A DNA stretch of 63,784 nucleotides, counting the filler, from Octopus bimaculoides (taxonomy: Eukaryota): NCBI RefSeq assembly GCF_001194135.2. It is 8 parts of 8 records of this genome, joined end to end, with 100 filler letters (N's around TTAATTAATTAA, not from the genome) between each part and the next. Parts side by side here need not be neighbours in the genome. Positions count along the whole stretch, not along the records: positions 26,324 to 35,036 come from NC_068984.1; positions 35,137 to 41,139 come from NC_069003.1; 6 more parts are not named here. One strand, 5' to 3'. The translations under genes were made by a program, and so were the position numbers. This document shows, one piece after another, positions 26,559-39,475 of this stretch (position 1 is the first letter of the stretch; each line of letters opens with the position of its first letter). Below the pieces are notes generated by a model, which was given only the letters and a program-made list of their open reading frames with translations, was not told the origin of the DNA and did not search any database.

Positions 26559-27754
26559 GGAGGGTGGGATGAAAAGTTCAAAGGCTGACTATGAAGGAGT
26601 GATTCTAGAGCTGTGAAATATCAAACCTTATTAATTAACTTCAATGTTTCTTTCCTAGTAAACTGACATCTGACTGTCCAGAAAAAGACTTCAAAAGTAA
26701 CTAGTAGCGATTTTCCTAGAAAATGGACAACATTTGGCATCATGGTGTTATCACGTATCTGCAGAAAAAGGTTTTTAGTATTCAATGATATACATGCTGA
26801 TATGATTGCTACATTAGAGGATGACGTGTCAGCTTTTTCAATAGTGCAAAAATGAGTAAGTGAATTTAGGAGGGGTAGGAAGAGGTCTGGACGTCAAGCA
26901 ACTGTCTCCACCATGGAAAACATTGATCGAGTTCACCATATGCTGATGGATGACATGCGAATGACTATAAATCAAATAACCAATGCTATTAGCAAATACT
27001 GTATGAGAGTTGAAAATATTCTGCATGATGAACTTAGCATTAGGAAAGGTTATTCTCAGTGGGTGATACGTCTTCGGACACCTTCACATTACGGGAAAAT
27101 CAGACACTGCTTGGAGCAGATCCAACTGGTTTCCTTGAACGTTTCCTAAGCCAGGATGAGTGTTGGGCTCATCACTTTGAGAGAAAGACAAAGAGACAAT
27201 TCATGCAGTAGAAACATCCCTTCTCACCTGTTCCAAATAAGGCCGAGGTCGTTTTATCTGCATGGAAGGTGATAGCCTCAGTTTCTGCGGGATGCAAAAG
27301 ACATTGTGTTTATTGACTATCTTCAAAAGAATCAACTTACTGAGGCAGTTACGAAAGGCTATCAAGGCCAAGCGCCCAGGTAAACCGATGAAAGGGGCTT
27401 TGTTTCATCAAGGTAATGCTCCAGCACAGAAATTCTTGGCTTTAATGGCTACTGTGGGTGTAGCTTAGAACTGGTTGATCAACGTTCCTATTCTCCTGAT
27501 TGACCCTATCTGACTATCATTTGTTACCCAACATGAAAAACCCCATAGCTGGGAACTAGTACGGCCGTGATCATGATGTCATATCTGCTGCTGATGACTT
27601 TTTCGACAAACAGGGTGAAAGCTTCTTCACTAATAGGATCCAAGAGCTGCAACACTAATGGAAGTGTATGGACGTAAAAGGAACTACATCGAAAAATAAA
27701 TCTTATTCCATGAGGGCATCTTCGTCAGCCTATGTACTTTTTAGCCATTACTCG
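26559..27754 (+). mobile_element. Decayed near-full-length mariner (DD34D-type) element
   Basis: TA-flanked imperfect TIRs. Fragments ENIDRVHHMLMDDMRMTINQI, DECWAHHFE, LFHQGNAPAQK, YSPD; many stops. Confidence 0.8.
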
Positions 27755-27851
27755 TATTCTTGCAGAGAGAGAGAAAGAGAGAGGGAGAGAGAGGGAGGGA
27801 GTGAGAGAGGGAGAGCGAGAGAGAGAGAGAGAGAGGGAGAGCGAGAGAGAG

Positions 27852-27900
<49 letters not shown>

Positions 27901-28206
27901 TCTTCTGAAACTTTGAGTAAATCGGAACTGCATCAACTTATTAATATTCCAAATACATAAATAAAATGCACTTTTTCTTATTTGTTTACATAACTGTATA
28001 CACACACACACGCACACACACACGCACACATACACGCACGCACATACATACATACATACATACAAACATACATACATACATACATGCATATACATACATG
28101 CTTACATACATACGCATATGCATACATACATGCATGCATACAAAGATGCATACATGCATGCATACGTGCATAGATACGTACGTAGTACGTGTGCGTGCGT
28201 GCGTGC

Positions 28207-28248
<42 letters not shown>

Positions 28249-29532
28249 ATAAAGCGGATATTGAGCCAAAGACAAGTTGTTTTTGCAACTAGGTTACAAA
28301 CGATTAAGGCAACTGTTCATACCAATCCCATGAATATAAAATACTGGGGAAAGTTCATGAGTTAATATAACTCTAAAAGCAGTTTAAATCTAGATGGCGA
28401 AATATTTCTGGTTTCAGGAAAGTATAATCGTGATCATCATCATCATCATCATCATCAACCCCCCGCCACAACAATAGCAGCAACAACTACCCTACCATCA
28501 TCATAATCATCATCATCATCATCATTTCCAACATTTCATCACTCTCATAACTAACATCACCTCCACACCAACATTACCACTATCATCAACACACGCCATC
28601 ATCAACATCATCCTCATCGAAGGAGCCACCAATCAAGATTAGCAAACACATAAGTATGCTTTCTAATAATGTTGAATTATTATAAATGAAAACTTGTTGA
28701 AATTTGATATTCGTGTGAAGAAAATAAGTAATAATATCTAAATTAGTGGCACCCTAAGCATTCCTTGAACAACTTTAAATCTAAATAGCAGTATTTACAT
28801 TAATTACACTTAAATTTCCTTTAATCTTTACTGCTAATGAGCAAAAACTCATATAATTTCTCCCATTTGTAACAACTTTATCATTACATCGAAAATCTTA
28901 GAGTATAAAACGAAAAGCTTTCTTATCCGTACCTTCAGGTTTTGTTCTGGCTCTCCGTCGGTTACTACGATGAATGTTCCAGTTGATCCGATCAACGGAA
29001 CAGCCTGTTCGTAAAATTAACGTGCAAATGACTGAGCATTCCACAGACACGCGTACCCTTAACGTTCTCAGGTTCAGGGTGACACAGAATTAGACATGGC
29101 TGGCCTTTTCAATTACAAGTACAACAAATTTTTGACAGCTGAGTGGACTGAAGCAACGTGGAAGCAACGCTTTGCTCAAGGACACAAGGCGTCACTGGAA
29201 ATCGAACTCATCACCATACGATCGTGAGCCACACTTTTAATATTTTACTTCATTATAAAGTAGTACTGGCTTCATCTAGCATCTTCGTGGTTATTGTTGC
29301 TGTTGTTGTTGTTGTTGCTGCTGTTGTTGTTGCTGTTGTTTTCTGTTGCAACGAACAAATTCATTTTAATATGGATATAAGCACAGGTATCGCTGTATGA
29401 TTTAAAAGTTCATGGCACCAGTGGTGATAACATGGTCTGTCTGTCTGTCAGTCTATTTATTTATTTATTCATTTATCTATTTATTTATTTATTTATTTAT
29501 TCATTTATCTATTTATCTATCTAACTTTCGAG

Positions 29533-29593
<61 letters not shown>

Positions 29594-29954
29594 ACTTTCT
29601 CTATCAGTTTTAGTCATTTGACTGCAGCCATGATGGAGCACCTCTTGAAGGGTTTTAATCAAACAAAGCAATCCCAGGATTAGTGTTTCTTAAAGCCTAT
29701 TACCAATACTGGTTGTCAAGCGGTGATAGGGGCGGGGAGACAAACACAGTCACAAAGACACACCCACATAACGGGCCTTTTTCATTTTCCGTCTGCCAAA
29801 TCCACTCACAAGGCTTTGTTCGGCCTGAGATTATAGTGGAAGACAGTTGCCCAAGGTGCCATGTGGTGGGACCAAATCTGAAATTATGTGGTTGGAAAGC
29901 AAGCTTCTTATCCCACAACCACGCTATGCCATACACGCGCGCGCGCACACGCAC

Positions 29955-29987
<33 letters not shown>

Positions 29988-30149
29988 CATCATAATAATG
30001 TTAATATAGGTTTTTACCGTAATTTTCGTACGTTTGTCATTAATCAATTTGATAACCGGGTCATTCAAATTTGCGGAAAAAATTAGCCGCATGAAGTTAG
30101 TTATTCAAATTCGCTTTTTGATCATTCAATTGTTCACTTTGGTTTGATA

Positions 30150-31285
30150 GTAAATCCGGCAAGTGTGGGGCACTGGTCCATTTAGACCAAGCTAAAGCGT
30201 TCGATAGGGTTGACCATCAATACCTGGTGTTTGTTCCTGCGCGGTTCGGACTGGGTCTTGGCTTCCTTCGGTGGATTATTCAATTGTATGATAACATCGA
30301 CTTGATCGTTCGAGTGAACGGTTTTTCTTTCAAAGCCGTTCTGCATCAAACGCTCGGTTCGCCAAGGATGTCCGCTCTCACCACTTTTGTATGTGATGGC
30401 TCTTGAGCCATTGCTACGAAAGTTGAGTGGCATCCCGAGGGAACTAGTTTGTAGAGGATCAGTTTCGGCGTACGCGGATGACATCACCACCATCGTGACT
30501 GAGATGGAACACTTACAGAGTGTAGGTGAAACCATTAAAGTTTACGAGACGGTGACAGGAGCAAAAATTAATCGGGAAAAATCGGTCGGCTTGCAGCTCG
30601 ACACCTGGAGAGGCAAGTCGATGCTTTCGAATAGCTTCGTGGGACGTTGGATGGAGGGCCCGGTTAAGTTATTAGGGATCTGGTTTGGTCCAGATCTCCA
30701 GGTAGAAAAGAACTGGGTTGAGGTATCGAACAAGGTGACCCACATAGTCAAGATTTCGTCTTGCCGGTGGTTATCCTTAAAAGGGAGGTCGAAGGTGGCC
30801 AGTGTGTTTATTGTTCGAATTCATGTTTGAGCAAGTTGGAAAGACAAATCTTCCGCTTCTTGTGGAAAGCTCGACTCCACTTGTGAGACGTTGTATCTGC
30901 TGTCAAAAACCGTTAAAGGGTGAACTAGGGATGCCTTGGCTGTTGATGCGCAAATATGCGCTGAGGTTGAAGCATCTTTAGCTCCTCCTGGGTGGTGAAC
31001 GCGTGTGGTCTCCGTTGGCGAAATGGATGTTTCCCAGGTTCACTAGTTTTGGTGGACGGGAAAACTGGTTTCATCAAAGATCAGAGTTAGGTACTTGGTA
31101 TACGGAGTGTCGTAAGGTTCTCCTGCTTTTCCGTCGCTCGGTCAATGCCAGTGGTTTTGGTACAACCGCATCCTTTTATAGTAAGTTGGTAGAGTTTGGA
31201 TGTGATGATACCCTAGGGGAGACCCTGGGTCTCGATGATAATCAACTGGACAGTCTGTTCCAACGGACATTCGGCTTGCTGAAAT
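30150..31285 (+). mobile_element. Decayed L1/Tx1-clade LINE reverse transcriptase fragment
   Basis: LDQAKAFDRVDHQYL, frameshifted QGCPLSPLLYVMALEPLLRKL, AYADDIT, GAKINREKS, VKLLGIWF. Confidence 0.85.
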
Positions 31286-32104
31286 GACAAACTGCATATT
31301 TTTTTTCATCCTTACAGAAAACCACATAAACAACACTCACATGGATGCAGAGGTGAAAATAAAGAATTTCATCATCATCTGTGCAGATTCCACAGACCGA
31401 AATAAAGAAGGAACAGCCATTTTCCTCTAATGATTTGTTTGCAATGGATGCCAAGAAATCCAATGGTTAGTGTGAATCCATATTCAACAAGCTGAATGAC
31501 ATAACCATTGTTGGTCTCTACAGGCCTTTCCAAGTTTCTTTAAAGTGCTTTGAAGAGTGCTTCAAAAAGTCAAGTCCTTTCTTCAAAAATACAATACCGG
31601 AAACATATTGATGATGCGTGATTTTAATCTCCCTTATGTAAATTGGATTAGAAATACTCTGAAGTTAGTTAACTGCACTACACCAGACAAAGCAGTAGCA
31701 GAATTATTTTTTACTTTAATGGATGAACTTTTCCTAACCCAACTAGTACTTGAACCAACAAGACAGGCTAAAACGATCCTGGACTTAATATTAACAAACG
31801 ACTCTAGCTCCATCCATAGCATTTCAGTTGGAAAACGTCTCTCAGATCACTCTGTAATCTTAGTTTCCTGCATACCAAAACCAAACCAGTCATTCTCGCC
31901 CCATTGCATCTATTCGACAGCATCAGTTTTCACAAAGCAGACCGGAGAGCAATTAGAAAAGATCTACCTCTTATCGACTTGTCCTTCACTTACAGTTCCT
32001 CTAATATTTAAACAACATGGTATTGCTATGAGAACGTTGTCACTTATATATGCTTAAAACACGCTCCTACGAAATTGACAAGCCCGAATAGAAATAGGCT
32101 CTCA

Positions 32105-32201
<97 letters not shown>

Positions 32202-33002
32202 ACTCATCAGGAGAATCAAGATTCAACCAAGTAAAATACTGCCACCGACAGCATCCACATTCAACAACAATAAGAAGGCTTAAGATGAAAAACATCAGCT
32301 GCACATCAGCATGAAAACCTACATTAACAATCAAAGAGCTGGAAAGGAAAACTGGGTAGAAAAAAACCCAGACAAAACCCGAAAGTGTTCTAATCATAAG
32401 CCAAAAAGCGTAGGGCCGCTGTCTCACCCGTTGGTCCACTGATTCATGATAAACGGTAGCGGTACTGCAGGAACAATACTACTCTGTCTGTAGTGACCCA
32501 CTGATATTGACGCAAGGGATCTGAACGAACTCAATCCTCAACATATCTCGGATATAAATTTTACTGCCTCAGACATCATAGCAGCAATAAATGAGATCAT
32601 GAACTATCCTGCTGTAGGGCCTGATAGATTTCCTGCTAGTGTCCTGAAGGAATATAAATACCAACTTGCAATTTCTTTAACCAACCTCCGGAGAAAATTT
32701 TAAAACTAGGGCTATGTACCGAAACTATCGTCCAGTCTCACTCACCTCCCATATCATCAAAGCGTTTGAAAGAGTAGTAAGGTCTAGAATAACTGGCCTC
32801 CTGGAGAGCCACAACCTTGTAAATTCCAACCACCATGGCTTTTGCTGCAGCAGGGAGTGTGAAACACAGCTCTTATATCACATCGATGATGTCCTTAAAG
32901 ACTTGAGATTAGTACAGTTCTATATTTAAGAGATGAGGAATTATTTACATTATTTACATTATTTACATTTGACGGATATTTGTCCTCATCTTGTTTGTTG
33001 TT

Positions 33003-33048
33003 AACACAACGTTTCGGCTGATATACCCTCCAGCCTTCGTCAGGTGTC
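33003..33048 (-). ncRNA. Minimal type I hammerhead ribozyme motif (inverted copy)
   Basis: Reverse complement of 33526-33571 (aacacaacgtttcggctgatataccctccagccttcgtcaggtgtc). Confidence 0.7.
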
Positions 33049-33106
33049 TTGGGGAAATTTCGAACCTGGGTTCTCATTCCTAACGATGTTACTATTATTA
33101 TTATTA

Positions 33107-33174
<68 letters not shown>

Positions 33175-33428
33175 NNNNNNNNNNNNNNNNNNNNNNNNNN
33201 NNNNNNNNNNNNNNNNNNNNNNNNNNNNNNNNNNNNNNNNNNNNNNNNNNNNNNNNNNNNNNNNNNNNNNNNNNNNNNNNNNNNNNNNNNNNNNNNNNNN
33301 NNNNNNNNNNNNNNNNNNNNNNNNNNNNNNNNNNNNNNNNNNNNNNNNNNNNNNNNNNNNNNNNNNNNNNNNNNNNNNNNNNNNNNNNNNNGTTCTGAGT
33401 TCGATTTACGGCAGCGACCTGATTAATA

Positions 33429-33470
<42 letters not shown>

Positions 33471-33525
33471 TAATAATAATAGTAACATCGTTAGGAATGA
33501 GAACCCAGGTTCGAAATTTCCCCAA

Positions 33526-33571
33526 GACACCTGACGAAGGCTGGAGGGTATATCAGCCGAAACGTTGTGTT
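33526..33571 (+). ncRNA. Minimal type I hammerhead ribozyme motif (Penelope-type)
   Basis: GACAC (stem I), CTGACGA, A, GGCTG/gagggtatat/CAGCC (stem II), GAAA, CGTT (palindromic AACGTT stem III, NUH=GUU), GTGTT (stem I'). All core nucleotides are present; activity is untested. Confidence 0.7.
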
Positions 33572-35289
33572 AACAACAAACAAGATGAGGACAAATATCC
33601 GTCAAATGTAAATAATGTAAATAATGTAAACTTGAGATTAGGTTCGAACTCTGTCAAAATTGTTAAATATTAGAATCCGTAGAAAACTGCTACACTGGAT
33701 TAAGTGTTTCTTGGTGAACAGAGCACATGTGATTGGGGGAATCCGCTCAAACCCAGCAAAAGTCACCAGTGATATCCCTCAGGGGACTGTTTTGAGCCCG
33801 CTTCTGTTTATACCCTATATAATCGACATCTCAAGTGTCACTTCTGAGAACATTCACTAAAAAAATTAAGGGCATGACTGATCTTGATTATTAGAACCGC
33901 CTTAAAACACTGTATCTTTATTACCTCCAGCTCCGCTATGGGCGCTACATCATATGCACAATGTGGAGAGTATACCACAGCATTTCCCAAACAACCTCAC
34001 CATTAGATTCAGAATTCATCCAACGCTGAGGCCATGTGCTATGTGCCCCTTATATAATTCAGGCTCACAACACATAAATTCACAGTAGCTCATTTTTTCC
34101 CCTCAGCAACCACTACTTTATGTAACATTCTCCCAAAACAAATAAAAGAAGGAAAAGATCCCATCGCCTTCATACTAAATCTGGACTAATTTCTTCAAGG
34201 GATACCAGATAAGCCACCTATACCTGAATACTTCTCAGTTAACAACAACTTCCTACTTGAATGGGCCATGATACCACAAAACATGACTTAAAAATGACTT
34301 AACAGATTCTATCAGCTGATGCTATCAAGTTAGACATGGCCTGCGCCAATCTTTCACCTAAACATATCTAAGCTATCTGAGTTATCTACAGATACATATA
34401 AAACAAGAATGAAGTTGTTTATATCACATTTATTCCATGGTTTACGGCTGTCTCAACATCTTGTCGGTAACAAAACACATGATTTGGCACACAGAAAAAC
34501 GCAATGATTGTGTAACCTCCATCATACAACTCTGATTATATGATTAAAGACCCGTAGAGACCCATAGTCATCTCGTCGTAATCCAGTAGAATGAATAAGT
34601 ATTTACTTGTCTATCTTTGATCTCTTCTATGTTTACTAACTTATATGATTTTTATCCAAATGTAATAACAACTTTCTTTGATCGTCATTTTAAAGTATGC
34701 GACTGAGGATAACTTCCTGGATTGTCAGATTGTATGACACAAATATTTCTACTGGAGAGATTTTCCTTCCTATGCATTCAGATAGCTGGGATTTGCAGGA
34801 GTGCTGGTTAAGGTAGCAGCCTGGATTACCGGACCCTGTTTAATTTAATGAGTAATCCTGCGATATACTGGCGGTCCGTTCAAGGGAAAGTGTTGGCCTG
34901 TCCGCCTAGCCAGCGTGATGGTGTCATTCGTAAACAACAACAATGCAAGGAAGCGCATTGTCATTGTCATCAGCGGTGTATAACATGCGATAGTCTGATC
35001 GATGCAGTGATACAGTGATATATATATATATATATANNNNNNNNNNNNNNNNNNNNNNNNNNNNNNNNNNNNNNNNNNNNTTAATTAATTAANNNNNNNN
35101 NNNNNNNNNNNNNNNNNNNNNNNNNNNNNNNNNNNNTATATATATATATGTTTATATATATATACATGGACATGACAGATGGAAATTGATACTCCATAAA
35201 ACATCGTTTATGTTTATTTTAACTTGAAAAGATTTATATTTGTTATTAATTGACATGTTTATGCTTCAGGTTCTTTATGTGACTCTTTA

Positions 35290-35920
35290 ATCATTCCACG
35301 TACAAAAGAAGCCTTGGAGGTGTCTGAATTTCAAAGAGGCCGCATCGTGGATCAATCTGAAGGTAGATTGTGGGTCACCGTAAAATAGCAGAAGACATTG
35401 GGACCCTGCTTTTTACAGTCAATAAAGTGATTGTTCAATTCACCAGAGAAGAGAAGGTGCCCACATCACCTTACCTAGGACGGCCAGAGACCTTTTACAG
35501 GACCCGTCGCTTTATTAAGCGAAATGTGGAGGATAATTCTTATTGCAAGACTTCTGACATTGCAGATCAAGTTGATGTCAGTCCCAGAACAGCTGTCAGG
35601 TATCCCCACAAACTTGGCTACTATGGCAGAGCAGAAAGAGGGAAGCCACATCTTCGACCAACCAATATAAAGCGGAGAAAAGATCGGGCCAGTGAAATGG
35701 TTAAGAGGCCACAAGCATTTTGGGACACTGTCATATTCTCTAATGAGTCCAGATTTGCTGCATTTTCTCACAATGATCGAGTGTGGGTCTGGAAACTCTA
35801 TGATCAAGAATTTGACGTGAAATGATTGCAGTCAACAATGAAACACAGCAGTTATTCTGTGATGGTCTGGAGAATAATTTGAAGCAATGGTTGATCAGAG
35901 CTGGTGGAGTTCGGGAAACA
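35290..35920 (+). mobile_element. Tc1 (DD34E-type) transposase fragment
   Basis: RKIAEDIG..GRP..VSPRTAVRYPHKLGYYGR..KPHL..NIKRR..FWDTVIFSNESRF (first catalytic D mutated to N)..VMVW. Confidence 0.85.
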
Positions 35921-36147
35921 TAAACTCAAATAAATGTCCATATTGATAGAAACTGAAGGAAAAAAGGCAATGAGAGAAGGAGAGGGAAAGAGATAATGAA
36001 AGATAGTGAAATAGATATTAAGAGACAAAGAGAGAGAAGAGAAGTGAGAGAGAGAGAGAGAGAGAGAGCAGGAAAGAGAGATAGACAAGAAAGATAAATG
36101 AGGGAGAGAGAATGAGTAAAAGAGATAAAAAGAGAGAAGGGTCTTAC

Positions 36148-36254
36148 TTTTCTTCTAAGGAGATCTTTAACTTTTTAATATACTGCATGAAAGTATTGAT
36201 AAAGCTGTCTTCAGTCTTATTCAAATTATCTTCCATAATTTCAATTACAGGAAT
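36148..36254 (-). CDS. Exon D of an unassigned multi-exon gene
   Basis: tttctatctctctgcag acceptor and gtaaga donor. Reads IPVIEIMEDNLNKTEDSFINTFMQYIKKLKISLEE+AA. Phase 0 in, phase 2 out. Confidence 0.75.
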
Positions 36255-36813
36255 CTGCAGAGAGATAGAAAAACATGTATCAATATCTCATGTGGAAGGG
36301 TTGATAATCGCTAAGAATTGACTTCATGAAACCGTTGGTAGCCTTGTTATCCAACAAATAAAGGATATATATCCACCAACACATTTATTCTCCTTATCTG
36401 ATATTAGCGTGTCGTATTAAGGATGAAATGAACGGGTATTTTGGTTACTACTACACATGTAACAAATTTTAATTAGAATTCGGGGGCATTATATAACTTG
36501 ACATGTAACAGTATGCAACAGAATATGAATATAACAGTATGTAAGGTGGTGTTTACATAAAGGGCCACTTCTTCAAGCAATACAACTAGTACTTAATTTA
36601 TCGACCCCGAAAATTTGAAAGGCAAAGTCGACCTCGGCGGAATTTGAACTCAGAACGTTAAGACTGACGAAATGCTGCTAAGCAATATTCCCGACGTGCT
36701 AACGATTCTGCCAGCTCTCGCTGCCTTAACGGAGACTAAATATAACCAGTACGGGTGCAACAATAACATCTGGAAATGATCGGTGTAATAACAACATGGA
36801 AGTGGGTTCTTAC

Positions 36814-36882
36814 CATGGATACGTTATGTTGAGTTCGCTTTAGCGATATTGCCTTTTCCATCAATTTCTTGTATTGCGTTAT
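36814..36882 (-). CDS. Exon C of an unassigned multi-exon gene
   Basis: ctctctactttgcag acceptor and gtaaga donor. Only phase 0 is open: ITQYKKLMEKAISLKRTQHNVSM. Phase 0 in and out. Confidence 0.75.
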
Positions 36883-36994
36883 CTGCAAAGTAGAGAGAGA
36901 GGGACAAATATTGAATTTAGACTTGTAAAAGAAATGCTGTTGGTTTTGAATAGAGAAGCAACGAGAGAAAACGAGAGAGAGGGAGAGGGGAAAA

Positions 36995-37051
<57 letters not shown>

Positions 37052-37156
37052 GAGTAGGATGGGAGAATGAGCTGCAGAAAATGAACGCACACACACATAT
37101 ATATACATATTTACATACACACACACACACAGAGGCACACACGCACACACACACAT

Positions 37157-37191
<35 letters not shown>

Positions 37192-37391
37192 AACCTTGGG
37201 AGGTGCATTATGCCAGTAATAATAAACACACGCACTGGTTAGGTCCTTTATTGTTATTGTTCAGTATTGTTCGTGTTGTTATTTCTTTTTTTTTTTTTCG
37301 TCTTTAACACGAGCAATATTGAACAATAACAATAAAGGACCGAACCAGTGCGTGTGTTTATAATTACTGGCATGATGCCCCTCCCAAGGTT
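37192..37391. repeat. 200-bp near-perfect inverted repeat (probable MITE)
   Basis: About 85-bp arms (AACCTTGGGAGG..TTCGTGTT and its reverse complement) with few mismatches and a T-rich spacer. Confidence 0.85.
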
Positions 37392-37708
37392 CAACAGTAT
37401 TTCTTTCAATACACGAATTCTCATCAAGAATCTTGCAAACCAAACAANNNNNNNNNNNNNNNNNNNNNNNNNNNNNNNNNNNNNNNNNNNNNNNNNNNNN
37501 NNNNNNNNNNNNNNNNNNNNNNNNNNNNNNNNNNNNNNNNNNNNNNNNNNNNNNNNNNNNNNNNNNNNNNNNNNNNNNNNNNNNNNNNNNNNNNNNNNNN
37601 NNNNNNNNNNNNNNNNNNNNNNNNNNNNNNNNNNNNNNNNNNNNNNNNNNNNNNNNNNNNNNNNNNNNNNNNNNNNNNNATATATATATATATATATATA
37701 TATATAGT

Positions 37709-38020
37709 GGAGGCGCGTGGCTTAGTGTTTAGGGTATTCGGCTCACGATCGTAAGATCATGAGTTCAAATTCAGGTGACGCGTTGTGTCCTTGAACAAGA
37801 CACTTTATTTCACGTTGCTCCAGTCCACTCAGCTGGCAAAAACGAGTAGTATCTGTATTTCAAAGGGCCGGCCTTGCTACACTCTGTGTCACGCAGTATC
37901 TACCCGAGAACTACGTTAAGGGTACACATGTCTGTGGAGTGCTCAGCTACTGACACGTTAATTTCACGAGCAGGCTGTTCTGTTGATCGTATCATCTGGG
38001 ACCCACGTCGTCGTAACTGA
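37709..38020 (+). mobile_element. tRNA-derived SINE family 2 (representative copy)
   Basis: GGAGGCGCGTGGCTTAGTG..GAGTTCAAAT head and central TTGTGTCCTTGAACAAGACACTT motif. More copies at about 130-372(-), 1560-1870(-), 2351-2700(+), 28950-29240(-), 52660-53035(-), 54960-55100(-). Confidence 0.8.
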
Positions 38021-38166
38021 TATATATATGTGTGTGCGTGTGTGTGTATGTGTGTGTGTGCGCATGCGTACGTTGTGCTTCTTATATGTTGTCCTTGCTT
38101 CTATGAAAATTGCAACAATCACGGCGGACGTTCAAACTGACATATGGAGCCATTCAGTAGTCTTAC

Positions 38167-38305
38167 CAGTTCTGGAATCGAATCTGTTATTTTGAAGATA
38201 GTGTTGAGGTTTTCCTCAGATTCCTCATCACCAACAAGGCGAAACAACCCTAGAATTGGAGGGGGGTTCGGTTCCAGAAACGATGTCGGAGTTAATGCCC
38301 CATAT
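38167..38305 (-). CDS. Exon B of an unassigned multi-exon gene
   Basis: Strong pyrimidine tract + ccaacag acceptor and gtaaga donor. Only one frame is open: (E)YGALTPTSFLEPNPPPILGLFRLVGDEESEENLNTIFKITDSIPEL. Phase 2 in, phase 0 out. Confidence 0.75.
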
Positions 38306-39376
38306 CTGTTGGAAAAAAAGAAAATGAAAAATTGTTAAAATCAATTTTACGTTGATGCTGTCAATATTCCTTTCTACTCTAGGCAAAAGGCCCGAAATTT
38401 GGTGGGAGGGGTCCAGTCGATTAGATCGATCCCAGTACGCAACTGGTACTTAAGTTATCAACCCCAAGAGGATGAAAAGCAAAGCTGACCTCGGTGTAAT
38501 TTGAACTCAGAACGTAACGGCAGACAAAATACCGCTAAGCATTTCGTCCGGCGCGCTAACGTTTCTTATTTCTTTACTGCCCACAAGGGGCTAAACATAG
38601 AAGGGACAAACAAGGACAGACAAAGGGATTAAGTCGATTACATCGACCCCAGTGTGTAACTGGTACTTAATTTATCGACCCCGAAATGATGAAAGGCAAA
38701 TAAATCGTAGCAAATAAATGTCTAGTTCTCACAACTGGTATGACCCACAATAACATTAATTTTCACATATTGAGGACGCCACAGACTTTCCAAACGTATT
38801 TCTATGCAAAAGACCTCCGTCTGCAACATCTGGTAACCCAAAGGCTGTTTTCACGAATGATGCAAATCCTGGCAACGATTCTATTTAAACTTGTACTTTA
38901 TGAGTATTTGGAAAGAGGCACCCGCTGTTTATCCTTCTTTGAAACAGCGTGCCACCAAAGGCAACAGACGTTTACTTTTTTGATGTATATGGACAATAAA
39001 TAGAATAGAAAAGAAAACACACACACACACACACATACAGATAGATAGATTGAGGCATACATATAGACTTATCTACCTACCTATCTTCCTACATTTCTCT
39101 CTCTCTCTCTCTCTCTCTCTACCTACTAGCTACCTACCTCTCTCCCCCTCGCTCTCCCTATCTATCTATATCTGTATATAATTTCATATTACGTATTATC
39201 TGAACGCACATGATCTAATGACTAAGGTGTTGCTCTCGCAATCGCAAAAATCGTGTTTTCGATTCCTAACCTGGCAGTGAGTTCTGTTCTTGAGCAAAAT
39301 ACTTCATATCACGTTACTTCAGTCCACTCGACGGCAAATGAGCAGCCCTGAGATGGTGTCCTGCTCGGAGGAAATG

Positions 39377-39475
<99 letters not shown>

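Larger units (their letters stand above)
32913..33629. mobile_element. Inverted-arm, hammerhead-bearing non-autonomous retroelement (Penelope-associated/SINE-like) with 12-bp TSD
   Basis: TSD ACTTGAGATTAG at 32901-32912 and 33630-33641. About 150-bp inverted arms ending in (AAATAATGT)n, with internal (ATT)n tracts and an N gap. Removing it restores the host LINE RT frame DVLKDLRL|GSN. Confidence 0.8.
31290..34330 (+). mobile_element. Decayed CR1/L2(Jockey)-like LINE: APE endonuclease and RT fragments
   Basis: Fragments DAEVKIKNFII..ADSTDRNKEG, ILMMRDFNLPYVNW, TILDLILTND (APE); NYRPVSLTSHIIKAFERVV, HGF, DIPQGTVLSPLLF (RT). Many stops and frameshifts; interrupted by (GA)n and by the 32913-33629 insertion. 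Confidence 0.85.

Noticed and set aside
34780-34835. Candidate terminal exon after exon D (aaacag acceptor)
   Set aside because: Phase-2 splicing gives K-V-R-stop and the pyrimidine tract is poor.
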